Shown piece after piece: positions 8,326 to 15,882 of a stretch of 20,217 bases of DNA (position 1 is its first letter; each line of letters starts with the position of its first letter). Made by a program: the position numbers and the translations under genes. The notes under the pieces were generated by a model. The model did not search any database, had not been told where the DNA came from, and saw nothing but the letters and a program-made list of their open reading frames with translations. Source of the DNA: Promethearchaeota archaeon (GTDB taxonomy: Archaea > Asgardarchaeota > Lokiarchaeia > Sigyniarchaeales > SOKP01); the NCBI GenBank assembly GCA_018238625.1, contig JABCSY010000073.1:1-20217 (forward strand), given 5' to 3'.

Positions 8326-9336
8326 ATGGAAGAAGTAATTCCCGGTATATTTTTGATTAAAGAGAAAAGTGGTTTCGAGCGAATTAAGCCTTCAGAAAAC
8401 ATTTTTGTTATAGCAGGTCCTGATGGATTAATCTTTGACGCTGGTTTTGGTAATAAAAAGGTTGTAAAATTCTTTATTAAAGAAATTAACAAAATAGAAC
8501 AGTTGTATAGAGATAACAAAGAAGAATTTAAAATAACGCGAATTCTTGTGTCTCATGGCCACCCTGATCATTTTGCAGGGTTAAAAAAGATAAGAAATTC
8601 ACTTGGAGTTAAAATTGTCCTAACAAAGAAAACAGCTGATATTATAAAGAACAAAAAAAGTTTTATGAAATCGTTTAACTCAGATAGTTATGAAGATTAT
8701 CTAATCATACAAAAAGGGTTTCGGTACAGAATAAGGAGCTTCTTAGAAAAACTTATGTTTAGCTTTTTTTTTAAACGAATATATGGCCTTTCTTTTATCG
8801 CCAAACCTGATAAAATTATTAAAGAAAATACTGAAATTTCAATAAACGGTGAGGATTGGAAGGTGTTTCCATCGCCAGGTCATGCCGTAGACCATATTTC
8901 TTTGTACAACGAAAAAAAGGGGATTCTACTTTCTGGAGATAATGTTTTATCAAAGACTACTTGGCTTGGTCCTCCAAATTGCAACATAAACGATTATATT
9001 GAATCTGTTGAGACGATTCAGAAATTACCAAACCTTAAAATTATATTAGCCGCTCATGGAGCCCTTATAAACAACCCAATAGAGCGAACTATTGAGATAT
9101 TAAAGCATAGAAAGGATCGGACCAAGCAAGTACTAGATATTGTTAAAGATTTTACTGAAAATGGGACATCTCCCGATGAGATCATTCAAAAATTGTATCC
9201 AAATAAAAAGAAAATGCGAACCGAAATCGCTCGTGGATGGGTGTGCCTTACGTTAAAGATGCTTGAAGAACAAAATGTTATAAAACGAATTGAAGGTAAG
9301 AAAGAGATAAAGTTTTACCCAACAAATAAATTATAA
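8326..9336 (+). CDS. Metallo-beta-lactamase-fold hydrolase with C-terminal winged helix (LACTB2-like architecture)
   Basis: FDAG, SHGHPDH, SPGHAVDH, SGDN and AHG metal ligands are all intact. The C-terminal helix-turn-helix ends LKMLEEQNVIKR. Confidence 0.88.
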   Translation: MEEVIPGIFLIKEKSGFERIKPSENIFVIAGPDGLIFDAGFGNKKVVKFFIKEINKIEQLYRDNKEEFKITRILVSHGHPDHFAGLKKIRNSLGVKIVLTKKTADIIKNKKSFMKSFNSDSYEDYLIIQKGFRYRIRSFLEKLMFSFFFKRIYGLSFIAKPDKIIKENTEISINGEDWKVFPSPGHAVDHISLYNEKKGILLSGDNVLSKTTWLGPPNCNINDYIESVETIQKLPNLKIILAAHGALINNPIERTIEILKHRKDRTKQVLDIVKDFTENGTSPDEIIQKLYPNKKKMRTEIARGWVCLTLKMLEEQNVIKRIEGKKEIKFYPTNKL

Positions 9337-9392
9337 TTTGTTAGCTAAATTATTATTATCTTAAATATTGAAAATTTCAATTTAATTTTTTA

Positions 9393-10778
9393 TTGGTGAA
9401 AAATCTGAAAATTACTATGATCGGAGCGGGAAGTATCGTATTTGGACAAAATATCCTAACTGACATCCTTGCACATCCTGCTCTAAGAGAAGATACTCTA
9501 ATTTGTCTCGAAGATATCGATCCGACTCGTTTAGATTTAATGTATAAATTAATGCTAAAGTATAAGGAATCAAATCCAGAAAAGTTGGAGGGCGTATCGT
9601 TTGAGAAGACAACTGATCTAAAGAAATCTATCACTAACGCTAAATATTTAATCAGTGCTATTCACGTGGGTGGATTAGATGCTTTTAAGCACGACATAGA
9701 AATCCCATTTAAGTACGGCGTCACTCAGTGCGTAGGGGATACTCTCGGTCCAGGAGGAATATTTCGATTTTTACGTCAATCCACAGCACTTAAGAAAATA
9801 GTTGAATTAATCAAAGAAGTTGGATATAATTCTGAATTAAAACCCTTATTACTTAACTATGCTAATCCAATGGCAATGAATACTTGGTATTCTAATTCCA
9901 TTTATCCAGATTCAACTGTAGGTTTATGTCATGGCGTACAAGGGACTGCAGCTCTATTACGACATTGGATAGGTGTTAAACGCGTAGATTTCAGTTATTT
10001 ATGTGTGGGAATCAACCATATGGCTTGGTTCTTGAATGCATGCTACAAAAACCCTATTGATTCAAATAAAACTTGGAAAAACATATATCCGCTATTGAAT
10101 GAAGCCTACAAAAACAACCCTGAAATTGTTGGAAGTGAAAAAATCCGTTGGGATATGATGGACGCTACGGGATATTTTATGACTGAATCCTCAGGTCATC
10201 TAAGTGAATACTTACCATATTACAGAAAAAGGAAAGGTTTGCTCGAACAATATAAAGGTGCTGAAACTTTCCATAACAGTCTAATACACGGAGAGGTATT
10301 AAGATTTGATAGCATTGAAGCGGATAAAATAGAAAAACGTCTAATTAGACGAATTAAAAAAAAAAACCTTAAATTAAAAAAAGCCCCCACCGATGAATAC
10401 GCTTCACACATTATAAACGCAATAGAAACGAATAAACCTTTTAGGTTTAATGGTAATGTAATTAACAAAGAAGGCGCTCTAATAACAAATTTACCAAAAG
10501 ATTGCTGTGTCGAGGTACCTGTGTTTGCTGATTATCATGGAATACATCCACAGGGAGGAATAAAATTGCCTACTATCTGTCAAGCGTTGTGTATATCAAA
10601 TGTCATGGTCCAAAAAGCGGCAGTTGAAGGCGCTCTTGAATTAGATCGAGAAAAAATTTATCACGCAGTATTACTCGATCCTAATACAGCAAGCGTGTGT
10701 TCTCCAAAAGAAATTAGAGAAATGGTCGATGATATGTTTGATGCCGAAAAAGAATGGCTCCCTCAGTTTGAAAGTTAA
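9393..10778 (+). CDS. melA: Glycoside hydrolase family 4, NAD+/Mn2+-dependent alpha-galactosidase-like
   Basis: IGAGSIVF, QCVGDTLGPGGIFR, NYANP, GLCHG, GINHMAW, TESSGHLSEYLPYY and LLDP. Start is TTG 9393 or GTG 9396. Confidence 0.9.
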   Translation: MVKNLKITMIGAGSIVFGQNILTDILAHPALREDTLICLEDIDPTRLDLMYKLMLKYKESNPEKLEGVSFEKTTDLKKSITNAKYLISAIHVGGLDAFKHDIEIPFKYGVTQCVGDTLGPGGIFRFLRQSTALKKIVELIKEVGYNSELKPLLLNYANPMAMNTWYSNSIYPDSTVGLCHGVQGTAALLRHWIGVKRVDFSYLCVGINHMAWFLNACYKNPIDSNKTWKNIYPLLNEAYKNNPEIVGSEKIRWDMMDATGYFMTESSGHLSEYLPYYRKRKGLLEQYKGAETFHNSLIHGEVLRFDSIEADKIEKRLIRRIKKKNLKLKKAPTDEYASHIINAIETNKPFRFNGNVINKEGALITNLPKDCCVEVPVFADYHGIHPQGGIKLPTICQALCISNVMVQKAAVEGALELDREKIYHAVLLDPNTASVCSPKEIREMVDDMFDAEKEWLPQFES

Positions 10779-10809
10779 AAAAAAAATAATAATTAGAAAT
10801 AGTTTCTTC

Positions 10810-11025
10810 TTAAATCTTACTTTCTTGTTTTAGACACTCTAAATACGTTTTTTCTTTTTCCGCGTGAATTTATTGTAGCTCCATTCTCTGTTCTTTCCAT
10901 TTAGGACCGCTTAAAGGGAAAAATTTTATAACAAGAGTAGCGAGTAAAATAAGTACCGCGGGGATAATTGTAAAACCAATCATTATTTCTAATTGGGCGT
11001 CTGGTGTTTGAGTTTCTACGAATGG
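10810..11025 (-). pseudogene. 3'-terminal remnant of a GPH-family MFS sugar transporter
   Basis: Manual translation of the minus strand gives PFVETQTPDAQLEIMIGFTIIPAVLILLATLVIKFFPLSGPKWKEQRMELQ*IHAEKEKTYLECLKQESKI*. This matches the last TM helix (QTP...IIPA...FPL) and cytoplasmic tail of GPH transporters. Internal TAA at 10870-10872, and an in-frame stop just upstream, so the first ~11 TMs are missing. Confidence 0.78.
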
Positions 11026-11104
11026 GCAATTAAGTATAAAAATAATAAAGATTTTTTAAGAATAATTTTATAGAAATAAAAATAAAACAATTAAGTTTTT
11101 AATA

Positions 11105-11986
11105 ATGCCTAAAGCGAAAGTTAACAATATTGAAATAGAGTATGATACATTTGGAGATTCCTCATCAAAACCTTTACTTTTGGTAATGGGTTTAGGCGCT
11201 CAGATGATTGCTTATCTTGAGGAGTTTTGTATGATGCTAGTAGATAAAGGATTCTACGTAATTCGATTCGATAATCGAGATGTAGGATTATCTACTAAAT
11301 TTGAAGAAGCTGGCGTACCAAATATTATGAATGATGTTATGGCCCTCCAGCGAGGAGAAACTATATCAGCACCTTATACTGTAGAAGATATGGCTGATGA
11401 TGCTGTTGGGCTATTAGATGTCCTTAACATCGAAAAAGCTCATATTTGCGGTACATCGATGGGAGGGATGATTGTTCAGACAATTGCATTCCGCCATCCA
11501 ACCCGCGTTCTGAGCCTAACTTCAATAATGAGTACAACAGGAAATCCTAATCTTCCTCAAGCTAAGCCAGAAGTTATGCAAGTAATATTAAAACCTGTGC
11601 CCACAGAGCGCGAGGCTTATATTAAGGAATCAGTGAAACGCAAGCGTATTATTTATGGATCTGGCTTTCCTTATCATGAAGATAAAGCGCGCGAACTTGC
11701 CGCAGCCTCATACGACCGTTCATTTTATCCACAAGGAATGGCGCGACAAATGGTTGCAATATTAGCTGATAGAAACCGTAAACCAAAACTTGGATCAATA
11801 AAAGTTCCTACACTTGTAATTCATGGAAGCGATGATCCTTTAGTTCCTGTTGAAGGTGGTAAAGAAACAGCAGAATCTATCCCTGGAGCGGAATTGATAA
11901 TCATTGAGGGCATGGGCCATTCTTTAGCACTTGAAGCTTGGCCTCAAATTGTAGATGCAATTGCTAAAAACGCTAATAAAGTATAA
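11105..11986 (+). CDS. Alpha/beta-fold hydrolase (esterase/lipase, RdmC/LipG-like)
   Basis: LVMGLGAQ oxyanion segment, RFDNRDVGLS, nucleophile GTSMGG, acid in IHGSDDPLVP and His in GMGH. Confidence 0.93.
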   Translation: MPKAKVNNIEIEYDTFGDSSSKPLLLVMGLGAQMIAYLEEFCMMLVDKGFYVIRFDNRDVGLSTKFEEAGVPNIMNDVMALQRGETISAPYTVEDMADDAVGLLDVLNIEKAHICGTSMGGMIVQTIAFRHPTRVLSLTSIMSTTGNPNLPQAKPEVMQVILKPVPTEREAYIKESVKRKRIIYGSGFPYHEDKARELAAASYDRSFYPQGMARQMVAILADRNRKPKLGSIKVPTLVIHGSDDPLVPVEGGKETAESIPGAELIIIEGMGHSLALEAWPQIVDAIAKNANKV

Positions 11987-12033
11987 TACCTAAAAGGCAT
12001 TATACCCAAAAAAATTAAAAATGAATAATACCT

Positions 12034-13284
12034 ATGTCAGAAAATTCGAATAAAGCAACGCCTAAAAAGATTAAGGATATTAGCCCATTTGATGTTCTAA
12101 CATCTCTGGAAGTTAAATTCAAGCATCCTTTGAAAGATGTGCATACTGCTACTTTACCAATTGCTGGTTGCGCTTGGGTAGATACAGATGATGGTGTTTT
12201 ATTAATTGATACTTTACTCAATGTACCCGCTGCTAAGAAGGTATTTAAAAAAATCGATGGCATGATTAAATACATTATTTATACTCATGGACACAATGAT
12301 CATGTGGGTGGGGCTGAAGCCTTCATAGCTGACCAACCAGAAATTATTGCCAATAAGTATCTTCCAGACCGATTGGATAAGTACAAAATGTTGGCTCCAC
12401 ATAGAGCTAGAATATTGGCTCAACAATTCAATATACCTGAGATTAAAAGCACTAGAAAATATATTTATCCGACTAAGACATTTTTAGGGGAGATGACTAT
12501 CTCTCTTGGAGATAAAACCTTCGAGCTTCACACAGCTCGTGCTGAAACCGATGATGCTTGCTGGATCTATGTTCCAGAGCTAAATGCGGTTTTTATAGGT
12601 GATTTGATGATTGGATATTTCCCAAATATTGGTAATCCATGGAAACCTACTCGTTTCGCCCTAGATTGGATAAATGCTTTAGAAGAGATTCGAACTATAG
12701 AACCAAATTACGTTTTTTGTAGCGGTGCAGCGGTTATATATAGAGGTAAAAGAGTTTTAAAGGCTTTGGATGCAAATATCGAGGTTATTCGGTCGATGCA
12801 TGATCAAGTTGTAAAATATATCAATCAAGATATGCACATTTCGGAAATGATCCATGCTGTAAAAATCCCAGATCACCTCAAAAAAAGTCCTTATCTTAAA
12901 TTAGCTTACTCTAGACCTGAGTTTTTCGTTTATAATGTTTACCGCTGGTATCATGGTTATTTTGATCATAACCCAGCTCATCTCTTACCTAGACCTGAAA
13001 GGGAAGTCTGTGCTGAAATCTTCGAGCTTATTGGTGACTCAAATAAAATTATAAACAGAGCAAAACAACTTCTCAATCAAGGACAAGCACAGCTTGGCCT
13101 TCAAGTCTTGGACTTGCTGATCCAATCCGATCCTGAAAATATTGAAGCGCGAAAGTTACGAATTGAGCTTCTTAAGGATTTAGGTAATAGAGATTATTGC
13201 CTTATGTCTCGAAATGCATGGTTTCACTTCATAAATAAAGATAAAGATTTCATCCAAACTAAAATAAAGAAAAAGTCTATTTAA
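12034..13284 (+). CDS. Alkyl-sulfatase-like MBL-fold hydrolase (SdsA1/BDS1 family) with dimerisation domain and no SCP2 C-domain
   Basis: THGHNDHVGG, ETDD, GDL...FPNIGNP-x-K-x-x-R and RWYHGYFDHNPAHL. Helical C-terminus ending MSRNAW. Confidence 0.85.
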   Translation: MSENSNKATPKKIKDISPFDVLTSLEVKFKHPLKDVHTATLPIAGCAWVDTDDGVLLIDTLLNVPAAKKVFKKIDGMIKYIIYTHGHNDHVGGAEAFIADQPEIIANKYLPDRLDKYKMLAPHRARILAQQFNIPEIKSTRKYIYPTKTFLGEMTISLGDKTFELHTARAETDDACWIYVPELNAVFIGDLMIGYFPNIGNPWKPTRFALDWINALEEIRTIEPNYVFCSGAAVIYRGKRVLKALDANIEVIRSMHDQVVKYINQDMHISEMIHAVKIPDHLKKSPYLKLAYSRPEFFVYNVYRWYHGYFDHNPAHLLPRPEREVCAEIFELIGDSNKIINRAKQLLNQGQAQLGLQVLDLLIQSDPENIEARKLRIELLKDLGNRDYCLMSRNAWFHFINKDKDFIQTKIKKKSI

Positions 13285-13436
13285 AAAAAGTTAAGTAAAT
13301 TTTAATCGCAAAAAATTAAAGTATTCATTCAGATTAAACATATTTTAATAAACATATGAAAGAATACGCCTACTGGCATTACCACTGAGAAGAATGCACG
13401 AAAGAAAGTGTATCATTCTTGTCGGGCGGTAGAAAT

Positions 13437-14093
13437 TTATGGAATAATTTTATTTATTAAATCTCTTAATTCTCTAAGGACGAATTTTCTATATTCATCA
13501 GCAAACAATTTTTCTTCTTCTATTATAATAGGTTCCGTAATTTTTGTGTGCAATTTGAGATCTGCTTCTACTTTCGCTACTCCTACGACAATTCCATATA
13601 AATAATAAAGATATCTAATAGCATCAGAGTCTTTTGCATTTCCAGCGCTTAGTGCTTGTTTCATAATTTTCAATAAATATTCTATTATAAAAAAAGGCTT
13701 ATAGGCTTGTTCGAGAGGTCCTATCCGTTTGGATGATGGGGCAGAAACTAAATACATCATTGCAAATCGATTAAAATCGACACTTGCAAATTCTAAGAAG
13801 AATTCTACTATTTTGTAACAAAGAATTCTATAATTTCCTTGATTTTCATTTATAATTATATCTAATCCTGCTTTATACTGATTATAATATCTTATCCGAA
13901 TAGCAATCCAAAGTTCTCTTTTACTCTGGACATAATGATATAGATTTGCTTGGGACATATTCAAATGTTTTACTAATGATCGCATACTGAATTTATAAGG
14001 ACCTTGTTTAACAAACATTTCAGATCCTACATCTAGAATTTTTTCATATTGAATAGCTTTTTTTTCTGATGATCTAGCTCTCGAAGTTCTCAT
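13437..14093 (-). CDS. TetR/AcrR-family transcriptional regulator
   Basis: N-terminal HTH ILDVGSEMFVKQG...SMRSLVKHLNMSQANLYHYVQSKREL. The C-domain FLEFA...RFAMMY resembles the WHG-type TetR C-terminus. Divergent from the MFS gene. Confidence 0.92.
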   Translation of the reverse strand: MRTSRARSSEKKAIQYEKILDVGSEMFVKQGPYKFSMRSLVKHLNMSQANLYHYVQSKRELWIAIRIRYYNQYKAGLDIIINENQGNYRILCYKIVEFFLEFASVDFNRFAMMYLVSAPSSKRIGPLEQAYKPFFIIEYLLKIMKQALSAGNAKDSDAIRYLYYLYGIVVGVAKVEADLKLHTKITEPIIIEEEKLFADEYRKFVLRELRDLINKIIP

Positions 14094-14230
14094 ATTTTTA
14101 ATTCAATTTATTTTCTCATTAAAATTCTCTAATCCATGTTACTATGTTTAATCCACATTTAAACATTATAAAGATCATATTTTTACGCCAATGTCTTTCA
14201 CATCTAAAGTTTTTGTAAAAAATGTTAATC

Positions 14231-14282
14231 TTTAAATATAAGTTATATATTATAACTTAATTAAGTTATCAGTTTTAACTTA
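14231..14282 (+). promoter_or_regulatory. TATA box followed by two tandem palindromic operators (TAAGTTA-N7-TAACTTA), probable TetR sites
   Basis: TTTAAATA at 14231-14238. Operator 1 taagtta-tatatta-taactta at 14239-14259, operator 2 taagtta-tcagttt-taactta at 14262-14282. Lies between the divergent tetR and MFS genes. Confidence 0.72.
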
Positions 14283-14334
14283 ATTTCTTGAATCAAAAAA
14301 TTATTAAAAAAAATTGAATTTGAAGGAAAATATT

Positions 14335-15732
14335 ATGACAGAATCTGAAGAATCCACGAAATATGAACCCTATAGTAATAAAAAAATGGCAATTTTTGGA
14401 ATAGGTGGCATAATCGGCACTTTTATGTGGATAGTACGAGGAAAAATGCAGCTATTTGCTACTATGGCGCTGGGTGTACCAGTGTCAATGATTATTGTAA
14501 TTATAGGAGTATGGGTAATTTGGGATGCAATTAACGATCCGGTTACAGGTTATTTTCTAGATAAATCTAAGCGTTTTACCTCAAAACATGGAAAACGATA
14601 TCCTTTTATTCTGATTGGACAAGTTGGAGCTTTATTATCTCTTATTTTACTTTTCTTGCCTATCGTAGGAAACCCTACATTTGCTATAATATGGTTAATA
14701 ATCGCAATTTGTATTTGGGATCAATTCCAAACTATCTTGGAATTAAGTTCTCATGGGCTAATCGTTGATCTTTTTCGAGATGAAAAACAAAGAGTAAAAT
14801 TGGGATCAATTTTATCTGCTTTAGGTGCAATAGGTACGTTAATTGGATCTATACTAATACCAATAATGCTTGGAATGTTTGGTGGCCAAGATGAACCGAT
14901 GGCTTATATGTTAACAACAACAATAATGGTTGTAGTTTGTTTAGTATTAACTGTACCTTATAGCTTTGCTATCCGAGAACCTGCTGAAATGAAAGAATTA
15001 CGAACAACATTGGATGGAGAAGGAAAGAGCTCATCTCCCTTAATGGAAATAATAGTTCGGGCCTTGAAGGATAGGAATTGGGTTGGGTATATCTTTGGTT
15101 ATGTTTTCTGGGTTGTAGGTATAACTTGTTTAACGGTGGGGATTGATTTCTACATGGTTGATGCCTTAGGTTTACCTATTGGAGCCGCTGCTTTACCATC
15201 ACTTGCACTTCTTAGTGTAAATTTCCTTTTTATACCTGTTTGGATAAAAATATCAAAAAAATTAGGGGCTAGGAAAACATACTTTTGGGCTTTAATAACT
15301 TGTTTTGCTGCTGCCGCCCTTTTCACTTTTTCAACTGATCTCCCTACGACATTAATATTTGCTGGCTTAGCAGGTATAGGTAATAGTGGGCAAGCTGTAG
15401 TTTTTAATGCAGTATATTCTGAAGCGATTGATAATGCTACTGTAAAATCAGGGAAACGCGAGGAAAGTTCCTATCTGGGAGTAATGCGATTTTTTTCTGC
15501 AACAGGGGTTTTATGGCAAACCATAATTTTTGCAGTAGTAGCAGGTATCAGTGGTTATAACCCAGCAGCAGCAATACATAGTGATGCTGCCAAATTAGGG
15601 CTAAGATTACAAATATCAATAATTCCAGCTATGATTCAGTTAATTGGTGCGCTAGTCTTCTTAAAATTGAATACTATAACAAGAGAAGTTGCTATAGGTA
15701 ATAATAAAAAATTAATAGAAATGGGACTTTAA
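14335..15732 (+). CDS. MFS transporter, glycoside-pentoside-hexuronide (GPH/MelB-like) family
   Basis: WDAINDPVTGYFLD, GKRYPF, EAIDNA...SGKREESSYLG and IIPA, with about 12 hydrophobic helices. ATG at 14335 is preferred over TTG 14314. Confidence 0.92.
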   Translation: MTESEESTKYEPYSNKKMAIFGIGGIIGTFMWIVRGKMQLFATMALGVPVSMIIVIIGVWVIWDAINDPVTGYFLDKSKRFTSKHGKRYPFILIGQVGALLSLILLFLPIVGNPTFAIIWLIIAICIWDQFQTILELSSHGLIVDLFRDEKQRVKLGSILSALGAIGTLIGSILIPIMLGMFGGQDEPMAYMLTTTIMVVVCLVLTVPYSFAIREPAEMKELRTTLDGEGKSSSPLMEIIVRALKDRNWVGYIFGYVFWVVGITCLTVGIDFYMVDALGLPIGAAALPSLALLSVNFLFIPVWIKISKKLGARKTYFWALITCFAAAALFTFSTDLPTTLIFAGLAGIGNSGQAVVFNAVYSEAIDNATVKSGKREESSYLGVMRFFSATGVLWQTIIFAVVAGISGYNPAAAIHSDAAKLGLRLQISIIPAMIQLIGALVFLKLNTITREVAIGNNKKLIEMGL

Positions 15733-15882
15733 TTCTAATTCTATTAAACTAATTTTTTTTTATTTAGGAGTTAGTGTTATTTTTAGTTAAAAAAATAAAC
15801 AACTGATTTAGATCTGAAAAAACTATCAGAAATTTTTCAGAGGGCTAGCATTAAAAAGTACTGGTTTCCAAATTTCTTTATA

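Noticed and set aside
10356-10366. A11 homopolymer inside the GH4 gene as a possible phase-variation or frameshift site
   Set aside because: The reading frame is intact with conserved motifs on both sides, and poly-A Lys runs are common throughout the window.
13385-13403. Hammerhead-ribozyme-like words (ctgagaag ... cgaaa)
   Set aside because: The core does not match CUGANGA, and the required three-stem junction cannot be built.
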